A DNA stretch of 63,644 nt, counting the filler, from Chiloscyllium plagiosum (Eukaryota), in NCBI RefSeq assembly GCF_004010195.1. It is 3 parts of one record of this genome, joined end to end, with 100 filler letters (N's around TTAATTAATTAA, not from the genome) between each part and the next. Parts side by side here need not be neighbours in the genome. Positions count along the whole stretch, not along the records: positions 28,257 to 59,850 come from NC_057715.1; 2 more parts are not named here. One strand, 5' to 3'. Below the pieces are notes generated by a model. It ran no database searches, was not told where the DNA came from, and worked only from the letters and a program-made list of their open reading frames with translations. Numbering within the stretch: the first letter of the stretch is position 1; each line of letters opens with the position of its first letter. A program made the position numbers and the translations under genes. Below, one piece after another: positions 36,825-51,030 of this stretch.

Positions 36825-37805
36825 GTCATTGTCACTAGCTAGGCCAGCATTTCTGGGCAAGCCTAGATGTCCTTGAGAAGGTGGTGGTGAGCTGCTTATC
36901 TGAACCACAGCAGTTCATTCGGTGTAGGTACACCCACAGTGCTATTAGGGAAGGAGTCCCAGGATATTGACCCAGCGACACTGAAGGAATGACGATATAT
37001 TTCCAAGTCAGCATGGTAAGTCAAAGTGAAAATATGGCTGGGTAAAATGAACTCAAATAAGATTGCCATTTTTGCAGGATATGATTGCCAAAAAAGGTCA
37101 GTGCAGTAAAGTCTGGAAAACATACCTATATACGAATAAAGAGCAGAAATATATCATTCAATCCCTTGAGTCCGATTTTGCCATTCAATAAGATCACAGC
37201 TGATTTGACTGTAACATCAAATCTGCAGTGCTGCCTATCTCTGATAACCATTCATTCCCTTATTTAACAAGACTCTTTCTACTTCTGCCTTTATAAATAT
37301 TGTAGGACTTTGCTCCTGCCAACATTTCAGGAAGAGATTTCCAAATCTAAGAGCTCTTCAAGAGAAAAGATTTCACCTAATATCGAATTTAATGGGCAAA
37401 CTCCTGATTTTTAAACAGTAACCTCAAGTTCTGGATTCATCCATTAGGGGAAACATTCTTTCCACATCTATCCCGAAGACTCTTTAGTTTCTTATATATT
37501 TCAACCAAGTTACCTCTTACTCTTCTAAACTCAAGCGAATACAAGCCCAGCCTTTCCAACATTTCCTCATACTTACTAAAATCCTAAGATCTGTTTTTAT
37601 GTTTCTGACTAACGTTCACTTAAGCTATCATTTTTCACACTTTTATTATTTTGGTCTTGGAGCCATAGCAATGTATAGCACAGAAACAGACTCTTCAGTC
37701 CAACTCGTCCATGCTGACCAGATTGTCCTCAACTCATCTAGTCCCATTTGCCAGCAATTGACAAATATTCCTCTAGACCCTTCTTATTCATATACCTATC
37801 CAGAT
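36825..37805 (-). mobile_element. Cluster of degenerate LINE/CR1 3' fragments
   Basis: Three pieces at ~36825-37020, 37115-37575 and 37660-37805, with tail motifs shared with other copies in the window. Confidence 0.6.
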
Positions 37806-37811
37806 GGCGGG

Positions 37812-38377
37812 CATTATTTCGTTCGGATAATTGATTATTCAGTGAATCAATTCAATGCCTTTCATCTAGGGCTCCGAATTTTCTGTAAAGTCTGCTCCCT
37901 GTTCAGTAGATAAGGCAGCCTCCCCCGTCCGCCCCCAGCCCCCTCTCCGGGGCAGCCGGACTGGACACAAAAACAAGACTGCTGCTGCTACTGACCTTTA
38001 GGGGGTGAGTTTCCAAATAGCAAACACACACACACACACTTATTACTGCAATGTTTTGACAGGTTCCACCTTTGTCTTGTACAGGATAATGTTGGAGAGA
38101 TTATCAGGGATACATCCCTGTGTAGAACTCCAGGGAAAGATTGGGAAAAGAGAGGGGGGGTTGGGGGGGTGTGTGGGAGGTCAGTCATTTAGGGATGATG
38201 TCTGCGCTCCCATCAGTCCATGACTGTTCTCAGCAGCACTTTTAATCACTGCAAACATAAGACGCAATCAGTGTTGGACACACGTCTTTGATGTAATGTT
38301 TCTGTCGGGACCTCAAGATCTCCTTCAGATAATCCGATTTTCAGATAATTGGTAGTCGGTTAATCAAGGTTCCTCTG
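37812..38377. mobile_element. Truncated Tigger/pogo-like non-autonomous DNA transposon
   Basis: Right end cggttaatcaaggttcctctg|TA resembles a Tigger-type TIR followed by a TA target; repeated gataat subterminal motifs. Confidence 0.5.
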
Positions 38378-39019
38378 TACTTGCTGTTTTTAATATTCTA
38401 TCCAACCTTCATTTATTGAATGAGAGGCCAGCCAAGATTAATATTTACATGTCACCTACAGGCCAATGGTATCGTTCATGAGGTTGTCCAAGCTGCTGCA
38501 AACTAATAGTGTCATAAATCAAGTAAATGCTCGCAGTATATCTGCCACCAAATGTTGCAGCTTACTCATTTATTGTCGACTGATTGCAGATTTGGCAACA
38601 CTTTTCTTTAATTGCCATTGATACCCCAGCAGGTATTAAGGGCTGGGCATCCAGGGCTTCTCCTTTCTTTCCAAGGTTGCACTTAATATCTTTACCTGGG
38701 GCCACCACATAGAAGGTGTGAGGAGGTGCCAGTTTGGGGAATGGACTACTAATGGTGGCCTCTTTCCAATCCCAGGGTAGTTTCTAAACATATCTCACCC
38801 TATTGATGAGATGAATTTAAGCTAAAGCTCATAGTGCATTGGACCAGGGGCTGGATGTTGTATGGAGAGAAAAGTAAAAGTTCAGTCCCACATAACCTAT
38901 ACCTCTCAAGGACAAGTCAGGAATATTTGATGTGTTCACCTGGAACAAGTGAAGGCAAACTCTTTTTGAGTATATTCAATAAAGCAGACTTAAACAAAGG
39001 CTAAGGGAGCAAAAATGAA

Positions 39020-39400
39020 AGATTTGCATTTATGTAGTGCTTTTCACAATCTTGCTCTATAGCCAGTTCAGAATGCTATTCATGCAGTCAAGCTATATCA
39101 TAGGAAGAAAGGGCAGCTGATTTATGCAAAGCAACTATCAATAATGGAATTGTGGTAAAGACTTGATAACCCATTTTTGGTGATGTTCGTGAGGGATTAA
39201 TATTGGCCCCAGGAAAAATAGTCCTCCAAAGTCATGGTCACCGATCTTTCATCTGTCCACTTCAGATGGCAAACAGGGACTCATTTTAAAATCTCAACTA
39301 AAAGAATGCACCTCCAGCAGTAAATCCACAGAGGATGGCTTTGCCTCAATTTTGTGCTAAATCATCCAGCAAGGGATTTGAGCCTACAACCCTCTAACCC
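39020..39400 (-). mobile_element. DeuSINE (SacSINE1-like)
   Basis: ttgcatttat..gtgcttttcac tail; gagggattaatattggcc Deu motif on the minus strand. Confidence 0.6.
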
Positions 39401-40992
39401 AAAAACTCTAGGTTTAAAATAATGGGCCAAAGAACTACAAGGATTACATGACAACCTTTTTTAGGCAGTAGATAATTGTAATCTGCCACGCAGTGGCGTA
39501 AAGGGAAATATAAACAGTTTAACTAATAACTTGCAAAATTAAATTAGCTAAATTCTCAAAAAGAAAATATTTGCAGATGGAAGAGTGGGAAAAAGAGACT
39601 AAATAGAATGCATAGAGCCAGCACAAGATTAATGATCCGGATGTTCTCCTTCTATGATATATAATTTTATGATTCTTACTTATACAGCTAATTTTGTTAT
39701 GCAAAGTATGTCCTTTCTAAGGCAGGATTAACAAAAGGCTAAACTAATTTGCAATATCCGCACAACAGAACACTATGTGACCAAAATAAAACTAAATAAA
39801 CATTAAAAGAAACTTCTATTCATGAGTGATAATAATACAAACTTTCCAGAAATTGCAACTGATTGTTTTCAATATTAAAACATATTTTTGTATACACATG
39901 AATAAGAAATGCAGCTGCCATAACCTTTTGGAAAACATCTATCTGTCTTTAAAAACAACTTGTGCATTGTGCACACATCATGTTCACAAATGTTATTTTC
40001 TGTGATACCTTTTTTTGTGAATATTCTGAATGAAAAATCCCCTGAATAAACATTTATAATGGATTCTTTATATAAGTATTTCACATTTATAATTTATTTA
40101 TGAGTCAACTCAAACTGAATTCACTTTATTTTCATTAACACAAATTATTAATATCCGTTATGCATTCTGTTTAAAGCAAAGCTTTCAGAAATTTACATTA
40201 ACATGACATTTTTTTTCTCTCGACGGAATTTTACTTTCTGTCTTTTGTGACTGCTTTAAAGTTTTTTTTTATTTTCTTAGCTTTGTCTTAAAACTTCAGA
40301 TTTTGACATTTAAGACAAAATCATACCAGCTCCTAAATGAAATGTGCCGTGGTGAGTAATGTGGGGAAATCAGGTAAGATGTCCAATGAGGACCTTCTCA
40401 ACATGAGACCCAGAAGTCCTAATTTCCAACCAAGTGTTGAACAGCAAGGCAAGTTCCTAACTAGTGAGCAGCGAATGGTCTATTAACAGTCTTACTATTA
40501 CTTAAACTCACCTCATTAATTTGCAGTTTTCCATTCCTGGCACTGAAGAAGCAACACTGGACCTGAAACATTAACTCTACTTGCTCTCTACAGGTGCTAC
40601 CTGACCTGCTGAGTTTTTCCAGCAATTTCTGTTTTTGTTTTAGATTTTCAGTGTTCACAGTTCTTGGTTTTGTTTTAGTGTTTGCCTCACTGTGATATCT
40701 CTTCCAAGTATGCCCAACTTGAAGAAGTTTTTCTCCTCTCTCTGACGGGATTTCCATTGTAATTTTTCTTCTTGTTCATCAGCATTACTTGTGTTTTCAC
40801 ATCTAGTGTTTGGCAAAATTCACTTCTGCAGCCACATCTCATTCCCTTGTGACTGGGACCAGCTCAGACTCACCCCAGGTAGAAAGAAGCATCACTGGAC
40901 TCAAAAAGTTAATTCTGCTTTCTCTCCACAGACCTGTTGAAATTCTCCAACAATTTCTGCTCTTGTTTCAGAAGCTATATGAAGGCTATTAT

Positions 40993-41475
40993 TAAGGTGG
41001 AGAAGGTTCAGAAGAGATTTACAATGATGTTGTCGGGTATGGAAGGTTTGAATTTATAAAGAATGGCTGGATAGACTGGGACTTTTTTCACTGGACTGTG
41101 GGAGGTTGAGAGGTGACCTTATAGAGGTTTATAAAATTAAGAGGGGTATAGATAGGGTTAATGGCAGCTGGCTTTTTCCTAGGATGGGGAATTTCATGAT
41201 TAGGGGGCATATTTTTAAGATGAGAGGAGAGAGATTTAAAAATTTTACATAGCGGGTGGTTTGTGCGTGGAGTGAAAATCCTGAGGATGTGCTGGATGTG
41301 GGCACATTTACAACATTTAAAAGACACTTAGGAAAGTACACGAATAGGGAGGGTTTGGAGGGATATGAGCCAGGAGCAGGCAAGTGGGACTAATTTAGTT
41401 TGGGATAATGTTCGGCATGGACTGGTTGAATCAAAGGACCTGTTTCTGTGCTGTATGACTCAATGACAATGACTA
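40993..41475 (+). mobile_element. CR1 3' fragment
   Basis: EKVQKRFT, GDLIEVYKI; ctgtatgactc tail. Confidence 0.88.
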
Positions 41476-42214
41476 AGTGGCACTTACCTGATTTCTTGTA
41501 AATTTCAACCCTTTAGACTTACTTTGCCTGATTTTACAGTCAATCCAAGCAGAAGGTGCAGCACATAAAAATGTCATTTCACCCATCAAGCCTGTGCCCT
41601 ATCTTTGAAAGAGTTATCCAATCAGGCTGCCTCAAATCGCTCTTTTCCCTTTGCCCTGAATTTTTTCCCTTTCAAGTACATAACCATTTTCGTGTAAGTT
41701 ATTCATAAATCTCCTTCTAGCTCCCATTCAAGCAGTGAATTCTGGATCATAACATCTCTCTGTTCCAGTTCATGAAAAGTAGTCCCCTCATATCCCCACA
41801 GGTTATTTTGCAAATTACTATAACTTACTATATTACTATAATACTATAATATAATAGTGAAAGTATTACTATAATACTTTCACCCTTGTGCTGGTGAAAG
41901 TATTTTCTTTCCACTTTTTACATCAAAAACTTGAATTTCTTTGAATATCTACAGGAAGCACTCTCTTCTACATTATATGCTGAATTTATGAAGAAGTTTC
42001 TACAACATTTAAATAAGCCACTGACAGAATGGCTGCTCTCACTCGTTAACCAGATTAGACGACTGTTTTTCAGCATTATTTTTCATTTTAGTTGAACCTA
42101 TTTTTCAAAAAGTAATATTAGCATAAAGGAGAAATGTAATTTTCCAGTAGTTATTTCAATCATTAAGGTGAAACTTGAAATAATATGTGAAATTCCACTC
42201 CTTTTTGGATGGAA

Positions 42215-42922
42215 TGGTGGCTCAGTGATTAGCACTGCTACTGCACAGCACCAGGGACCCAGGCTCAATTCCAGCTTTGGGTGGCTGTCTGTGTGGAGCC
42301 TGCACATTTTCCCTGTATCTGTGTGGATTTCCTCTGGGTGCTCTAGTTTCCTCTCATAGTCCAAAAATGTGCAGGTCAGGTGGATTGGCCATGCTAAATT
42401 GCCCTATAGTGTCCAGGAGGTGCAGGCTACGTGGATTAGCAATACAAATGCAGGGTTACAGGGATGAGGTAGAGTCATAGAGTCATAGAGATGTACCTGT
42501 CCATGTTGACCAGATATCCTAACCCAATCTAGTCCCACCTGCCAGCACCCGGCCCATATCCCTATTTATCCTATCCATGCCCCTCATAATTTTGTAAACC
42601 TCTATAAGGTCACCCCTCAGCCTCCAATGCTCCAGGGAAGACAGCCCCAGCCTATTCAGCCTCTCCCTATAGCTCAAATCCTCCAACCCTGGCAATATCC
42701 TTGTAAATCTTTTCTGAACTCTTTCAAGTTTCATAACATCTTTCCGATAGGAAGGAAATCAGAATTGCACGCAATATTCCAACAGTGGCCTAACCAATGT
42801 CCTGTACAGCCGCAACATAACCTCCAAGTGGACTATGTTTGGGTGGGAGGCTATCCAGAGGGGCGGTGTGAATTCGATGGGCCAAATGCCCTCCTTCTGC
42901 ACTGTAGGGATTCTACGAATCT
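42215..42922 (+). mobile_element. HE1-like V-SINE split by a minus-strand, internally deleted CR1 fragment (~42471-42826)
   Basis: SINE head and V-domain at 42215-42470, tail ctgtagggattcta at ~42900-42915, with CR1 LRGDLIEVYKIMRG between them. Confidence 0.85.
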
Positions 42923-45900
42923 AAATAAATTGCATAAACAAGAAAAAGTAATGTTATGTGCCTTATTTAAGTTTAGCTGGTTTTAATTTTGTAAGTATTC
43001 AAGAAAATGCAAGAAAGTAATCAGCTGAGGGAGATATACATAGCACAGCAGAGTTCCTTTCATCATTCTAATTTGAGTTTCATTTCAATAAATTAGATTG
43101 AATTGGAAAGAAAACAGAAAGCTTTCCTCTGTATCTGAATTAATCACTTTGTTTCACTGATATCAATGTGAAGTTTCAATTGCTGCTTATTAGAAGGAGC
43201 AACAGATGGACAAAGAATGATATGAGGAACTTGAAGAGATCAAAGGAAAAACAGAGATGAAAATTTAGAGAGAAGCAAAGATACTTTTCCACAAATATTT
43301 TCCAAGAGATATTTTATTCAACATCCTTTAAAATGTTACACTCATATGAATAAGTACATTTTTGGGAATAATAATTAATTTGATATACTCATCTAAAACA
43401 AAGGAAATATTTGTTGTCGACATTCAATTTTCTCTTTCTCTCCCTGAATAAGCTTCACTTGAAATAAGAAATAAACAGATAAAATCAGTTGATATGTGAA
43501 ACGTTACATTAATGTACTTTTTAAAAAATTGACAGCCCATTTGCTTTCAACTTATAAATCATGAAATAGGATGGAAACATACTTATTTCTACATTAATTT
43601 TAAAAATCATATTCATTTATGCTGGGAAATTCTGCACACAGCAGGTATTTAGACTAAAGAATCCTCAATCCACAATGTCAGAAAAGTTTCCAGGACAGAA
43701 ATACAACATTTGGACTATTTGTGTCTGGTCAGTATCTTCTGATAGCTCAAAGCCATGCAGAGAATCAGTCACCTGGTTTTAGAATCATAGAGCACTGAAA
43801 CAAACCCTTCAGCCCAATTAGTCCATGCTGACCATAACCCCAAACTGCTTTTGTTAAGCAAGATTTCTTTTCCCTTTCACAGTTTCATATTTACTCCAAA
43901 TAATCATACTCTCATTTTCTAAATGTCCTGTACTCACACCCATTTTTGTAGATTCCAGCAGTTACTTATGACTGAAGTTAGATAACAGGTATGCAGTTGC
44001 CCACTCACTCTTTCTCTTCTTTATGAAACAGTGGGGTTATATTTGTTAACTTTCAAATTTCAGGAAAAATTGCAGAATCTCTAGAATTTTGAAAGATGTT
44101 GACTAAGTCATCTATTATCCCGACAGCCACCTTCTTCAATTTTCTATGGATTCTTCAGAATATCTTTTACTATTTTTCTTGAAAAATATATTGTGCAGTG
44201 CCTCATTGACAGATTCTCTATTATGTCTGAAAATATTATAGTATTAGTATTTAGTATCCTTCCGCATTGGAGAGCTGGACTATTTGTGGTGGACCACCTT
44301 CTAGTCCTTTCCTACTCCCTTTTGAGCTGTTTTCTCCTACAAGTGACTAAACCAGCAGACCTGTGTGTGATGAGGGTTCAGTACACTCCAATGGATGCAG
44401 TGTGTTTTCTGTGTGTGACCATTCCATCAGATTTCAGAAGAACTGGGAGAAAATGGCAACAGGGAACTGACAAACATGAAGGCTGGGTATGATGAAAGTT
44501 CACTGAATCTGAGGATAGATGCTGCTTAACAGGGAAGAGTGAAAGGGCATTGGTGACAGCAACACAGAGTGTAGTCAAATCAGCAAATGTACTTATCATT
44601 CCTATTGAACAATTAAATTGCTTTCTGGGAGATATCCAAGACTGGGGTGCAATGTTGCTGCTAGTCACGTTCTCAGATAATTCAAACCACAACTTCTTGA
44701 TAAGAGTCACAAATGCTTTCTCCCATTACTAGGCAAAGACATATCCCTATTCTTCCAAGCTGCAGCCAGCAAGCATTACTGTGAAGTGTAAGTCAACCTG
44801 GTGTCTCTTTCTCTCCATGCATTAACCTAAATACCTGCGAGCTGGTCCAAATTCAATTTCTACACTTTACTTTAGGTAGAGTTGTGATCACACCATGCAC
44901 TTCTTGGAGATGCGAAGTTGGAAATCAATATTTATAACATTAATACAGTTACAGATTCTGGCGCCCACATCAGCAGAAGCCTCCTTCAGATTAATATTAA
45001 CATTATGGACTTGAAGCTGAATGTAATGATGCAAAACATTAGAAGCACACTCTCTTAATTTTCTGTCAAGACATTATTATAGTTCTCCTGTACAAAGTTA
45101 TATTGGTCTCATTGAAACCTCTGTTCCTTCACAGCATCTTGTTAAAAAGCAGACTTTGAGGTATACAATACCGACTTCCATAGTTTCAGTTATCAGGAAG
45201 ATGAGTAACTACATCTTTCAACATCCTCCAGGCTGGTGCTATTGTATGCTGGCTTTCCATAAACCCTCTGAAGCTATAGATTGGCAAAATTAGCAATGAG
45301 TGTAATTGTTTTCACTTGACAGCTTTGTAACAAAAAGAAGTATAGTTCCTGGTTTGTAGAGTCTTAAAATTTCACTGATAGTCAACATAAAAATTAGTTG
45401 CTGACTTATTCCCAACAAATAAAAAGCAATTCAAATTTTGGCTTTCCTGTAAGGATTTCAGTTAAGCATGTGTTGCATGAGTAGGTTAGATACATGGAAT
45501 GGTCTACTTTTCCCTGAACCCAAAGTACCAATTCCACATTCTGGCGAGCACAGTGATACTTTATGTTCCAGAGCAAACAGCACCATGCATCCACAGCCAT
45601 ATAAAACCTGGTCCACGATGGTGAGATGACACTTATTTCTTTCCAGACCATATTCTTTTTGTTCCTTTTGCACCAATATTGGATATTGGATCAGGGATAT
45701 CTATACCCAAATTTTTACAGTATTTGTATGTGAACATTAATCTTTGTTGGTAAAATGCAAACAGAAGAATGAAGGGCATAAGATTTTTCTCTTCGTCTTT
45801 GCAAAGGATTTCATTCTTTATCTTTTGAATGGTAGCAGATATTGTTGTATAAGGCAGTTAATACCTGAAAAGGTAAACTGATATCATGAGAAAAGCTCTG

Positions 45901-46164
45901 CTGACCAGAACGTAAAGGACTGCTCCCAGAAGGAGCTAGACAATTGCTACTGGTTTAGGTGAAGTTGTTCTAATACTAAGTTCCATGTTGCTAAACAGTA
46001 ATCTATATTTACACTTTATCTGAGATCTCACAAAAGACTATCTTGTAACTCAAATGTCATGCAATTCACTATTAGGTACAATGTAGTAACCTAGATCATT
46101 AGAAAAAATCGAATCTCTCTTCCGCCAAAGACCTTCTGTGGGCATCCTTCCCCATGAACAGTAA

Positions 46165-46500
46165 GGGCGACACAGTGGTTCAGTGGTTAGTACAGCTGCT
46201 TCACAGTGCTAGGGACTATCGTTCAATTCCAGCCTTAGGTGACTGTCTGTGTGGAGTTTGTACATTCTCCCTTTGTCTGCGTGGATTTCTGACAGGTGCT
46301 CTCATTTTCTCCTACAGTCCATAGATGCGTTAGATGGATTAGTCATGCTACTGGGCCCAGTGATGTACAGGCTAGGTGGATTAGCCATAGGAAATGCAGG
46401 GTTACAGGGTGGGGTTGATCTGGGTATAGGATGCTTCTTGGAGGGTCAGTATTGACTGGATGGGCTGAATGGCTTGCTTCCATACTGTAGGGATTCTATT
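46165..46500 (+). mobile_element. HE1-like V-SINE
   Basis: gggcgacacagtggttcagtggttag head, V-domain and ctgtagggattcta tail. Confidence 0.88.
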
Positions 46501-47144
46501 ATATGGTAAAGTCTATGAATACCAAGAAGGAATGGTGACTGTGAATCTACCCGAGGCATCTCAGATTGTACCACAACACATAACAGGTGTATTTTCAATA
46601 AGTCATCATTTGAAGTATATTAAGTGAAGCCAGCACATAAATATGTTTCTACTCAGGTTAATGTATACATATTTAAAATCTGTGCCTGTTCAGCAATTTT
46701 TGCTGGATAGACATGTGTTTTTAAAAGCCAAAAAAACCAAAAGTAGTCACTTCTATTTAGTCTTTCAAAACTCTTCACAATTTTAATAATCTCTATCAAA
46801 ATGCATTGTAGACTTCTGTTTTCAAATGGTTTTGATTCGCCAATATTCTATCCAATCACATCATCCAAAGCCAGGAATTGCCCTAATAGATCGATACCAT
46901 GACCTTACTCCATGGATAACTCAAAACTACATGCAATATTTAAACAAATGTATTGTTATTTTTTCATCAACACTTGGTCAAGATCCTGCAACTTCCTAAC
47001 AGCATTGTGGGTGTAGCTACTACATCTTGAGGCAGCCCTCAATCACCTTCTCAAGGACAATTAGGGACTTGCAATGTTGGCTAAGTTCATATCCAATTAA
47101 TGGTCAATAAAACAAAACAATTCTAACTAATCAAAAACAAAGAC

Positions 47145-47335
47145 TATGGAAATTGGAAATAAGAACAGAGAAAATGCTGGAGAGAACTGTTCTGGAACAA
47201 GAAACAGAGTTTATATTTCAACTCCAGTAGTTTGCTTTGGAATTGAAGAAGAGTTATATTGGAGTTGAAATGTTAATTCTGTTTTCATTCCACAGATTCT
47301 GCCAGACCAATTGAGTTTCTCCAGCAATTATTGTT
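47145..47335. mobile_element. Old palindromic PLE-derived terminal remnant
   Basis: Inverted arms tgctggaga/tctccagca and aacagagtttatatttcaactcca/tggagttgaaatgttaattctgtt. Confidence 0.55.
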
Positions 47336-48414
47336 CCAACTGAAGCTTTCCAGTAATTCATAATTTACAATTCTGGACAGAGAATATGAGGAAGAAATTA
47401 AATGCTCAGTGCCAGACTATCGGAAAAGGCTAAGGATTGCAGGTGTAAATCTTCAAAGATGTGTATTTAATCATGTTATTCTGAAATATCTGACTATTGC
47501 TTGTACATGTTCTATTGCTAAACTATGAAGAAAATTAGAAGAGGAAGAGATTTCAAAACTGGTTTTGAGTTTATTACACAGGTCTTCCTATGCTTGCTAA
47601 TATATTTGCATATCAATGTATCAAATTGAATATATTTATGTAACTGCCAATCATGAAAAACATTGAACATGAGTAACTTTACATAGCAGTTAGTGAAGAT
47701 CACGTGCCAATGATTTTGATCATTTTTAATCATAATTATGTGTAAGCCCTCCCCCGCAAGTTTAATTACCAACATGTGACAATCAGATGTGGAAATGGTA
47801 GCAAGGTATAACAAGGAGAAATGTTTCTTTCAGTTGGTCCATTTTTAGCATGTTTAAGAAGCTGATGGTCAGTCAGTCAAATGGCACAAACACGCTAGTA
47901 TTTTGTGTGACTAATCTGCAATGTCTGAACTGTAAGCACATGTATTTGTTAATGCCAGTTTAGTTGGTTGCATTTGTAACTCTTCTGTGTTATCATTGAA
48001 GAGATCATGACCTTAAGGAACGAACATATCCAATTCTACATGAAGCAAATGGGAATTGGGTGTCAGAGATCGGATAGTGCCACTTTCTGTTACTGTTGCC
48101 TTTGGACAACAACATCTTGTATCGTCACACTGCAAGATTCAACGCCTTCTTTTGTCATTCAAAATGACGTACCTTACACCTGACACCATTGCGTATTGAC
48201 CCATGGAACTTTGTCATGTCACAAGTGTTTGCAACTGAACAGTTTAGAATTTGCAGATCACACAGCCATTGATTTAACTGCCTCTACCAGTCTCGATGAC
48301 ACCCTGAATATCTATTATGGTTGACTGTGCACCAATTGCTGCAGAGAAAAGGTTACTGGGGGATTTAAAGCAAACTACTGGTTTGCCAAACTTAGCCGCA
48401 AAATATAAGAGAGG

Positions 48415-48660
48415 GCTTGCATTTTGTTAGCAACTTCATTGCTTCTATATATCCCAAGTTGCTGTGCAGCTAATTCAGTATTGTTTGAAGTCCCAATGCT
48501 GTAATGCAAAAGCCAACACATGCATAACAAGCTTCCACAACAGCAGCATGATAACTGACAGGTTAGTGACCTAGTGAAATTGCCTGTGGAATAAATATTG
48601 AGCAGACCAAATTTTGCAGTTTAGTTTGGTTTGCATTTTAATGTGGTGCTATGTGAGCTT
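48415..48660 (-). mobile_element. DeuSINE fragment
   Basis: caagcttccacaacagca and ataaatattg motifs. Confidence 0.5.
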
Positions 48661-50181
48661 TTCAAAGGTTAATAATCCTATACGTCCACAATGTATGATG
48701 GGCCTGATCTATTTGATGATGTTCTTCTTATATAAAGTTGAGTACTGGCCACAAATTATATAAGGAAAAGTTTGCTAAACTAAGAATTGGCCTTTCAAAT
48801 GGAGAAATGTACTTTATGAAGTCAGAGCTAATCTAGATAGGTCATATTTCTTGAACTCTGCTAAATGTTCAGATAGATTGTGCAAAACCCAAGTATCAAA
48901 TCCTTTAATTCAAAAGCATTAAAAATAGTTTGACATTTTTCAGGTGGTTAAAATCACCAATTTTATCTCAATAATTGCACAATACTTAAATACATTAAAG
49001 AAGAAAGGTTTTATTGACCTGAAACTGAACCCAAAATGTTTGAAATGTTCAAATGCATTTAAGATCCTTGAGAAGAAGAAGATAGCACCTTTAGTACTGA
49101 TGGCGTTTGACAGACATTGTAATCATGGTTTGGAAACTGTTCACTAACATCATTGAAACCATTTTGGAAAGTTTCTTCATTAGGCAAGTAAAACATTAAC
49201 CATAATATTTGAAGGTAACCACAAGGTAACTTTAAAAGAACATCAGGTTATGATTGAAACATTAGGAAAATAGCCTCTGGTTGTCCAGTTCAAACCACCC
49301 CAGTGATTGAAAGCCAGAATTAATTCAGCAGGATGTATTACAAAAAGGTTTTTGTTTTTATTACTTGAAGTTGCCTTTACTAGATTCGTGGAGGAGAACA
49401 GTTTAGCCTGTGGGTGTCTTCTGTGCAGCCATCTAAAAGATAAACACTCTGAATCAATGGATGAACTAGCACAGCACAAGGCACACATCAGCTTGTGGTG
49501 TTAAATGGAAGAAACCCCGAGGAGTCCAAGGTGGACTATTACTGTGCAATTATGTGCTTGCCTTTAAGCTGCATTACATTGCAGCCAAATGTATTCTCTT
49601 TCGCCTCCCTTTGCTGAGGCCACAGTCCCATGCCATTTGCTGACATGATTGTTTTTCTCTTAAGAGTTTGACTACAGTATGGTAATTTCCAGCATATTGT
49701 TTGCTGACGTACAGACTGTCTTACATATAGTCACACACTATTCACACATCCAGCTCAAGATTCGTCCTTTCAAGCAGATTGAAACAGGTTTCTCAGTAAG
49801 ATTTCATAAAGTAATACTATCTTATTTCCGACTTTTTTTCTGCAATAGATGATGAGGTTCCAGTGCTATAACAAAGTCAGTATGTGCTTGTACCACATCT
49901 GGGCTCTAAGAGTTACATGGCATTATACTGTCTATGGGAGCTGATTAGTTCAGTTCAATAGAATGTTAGCATGACTCAGAATAATATGGAGAGCACAGGG
50001 TTCAATTGCTGTTTTACTGAGTCAGACTTTTGATTTGCATTCACACCCTGCCTTGTAGCAAGAAAATGGCAATGACAAACAACTAGAAAAGAAACTAGCC
50101 TGGCTTTAAACTTCTGCAGATAATGAAACAAGGACCTGCTCCTGGACAAAGCATATGTCATTAGTTCACATAGAATATACA

Positions 50182-50310
50182 GGAGAAAGTGAGGATTGCA
50201 GATGATAGTGATCAGAGTCGAAAAGTGTGGTGCTGGAAAAGTACAGCAGGTCAGGCAGCATCCGAGGAGCAGGAGAATCGACTTTCAGACATGAGACCTT
50301 CGTCAGGAAT
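50182..50310 (-). mobile_element. Penelope family B terminus
   Basis: gtggtgctggaaaagtacagcaggtcaggcagcatccgaggagcagg with a decayed hammerhead. Confidence 0.8.
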
Positions 50311-50463
50311 GTATACAACACATGAAGAAGCCATCCAACCTATGGGCAGTGTTTATTCTCTATTTGAGCCTCCACCCACTCTCCCTCATCTAGTTCTATC
50401 AGTATAATTCTCTCTTTCCTTCTCCATTGTGTTCCTCTCTGCTGCATTATCACATGGCACACC

Positions 50464-51030
50464 CTAAGTAATATGTATACAGTCTATAATGACCCCTACC
50501 TGGGGGACACCAACTATGTTGGCAAAATCTTCTGCCTGGACTGTAGCCCTGAGCATGTCACAGGGAAACAAGATGAAGCTCTGTGCTCTCACACAAACTG
50601 CATCGCGGTAACTGCCTTGATATATGCCTGGGCTGAGTATTGAGATATAGTCACCAGTGGATCCTGGCTGAAGCATCAAGTTGCAGAAAGATTCAGTGCA
50701 GCCGTCACCTTGACTGAGTTAGGATGGCCACCAACCGCGTCATGTCATAGGACCTGCTCCAGAGGTCAGCGTAGATTAATGATGGTGCGCTGGGATATCC
50801 TCAGTCTATGTAGCTGTGCACCTCACTCATCTGGAGGAATTAGCATCAAGGACAATAGACTCAATGCCTCCTGTACTTCCTCATATACTGAGGAGACCGT
50901 CACCTACAATTACATCATGTGGAGGCTGTAACTGGGTTTGCTGCCAGTCCTGGTCTTGTTGGTGCATCTTCCTCCTCCATTTCTCTGCAGCTGTGTAGCC
51001 CCAAGGTCAGTGACAACTATCCCTGCCATG
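50464..51030 (-). mobile_element. Decayed PIF/Harbinger transposase fragment
   Basis: FANIVGVPQVGVIIDCIHI resembles the Harbinger GxIDCTH motif; upstream VKVTAALN. Confidence 0.75.
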
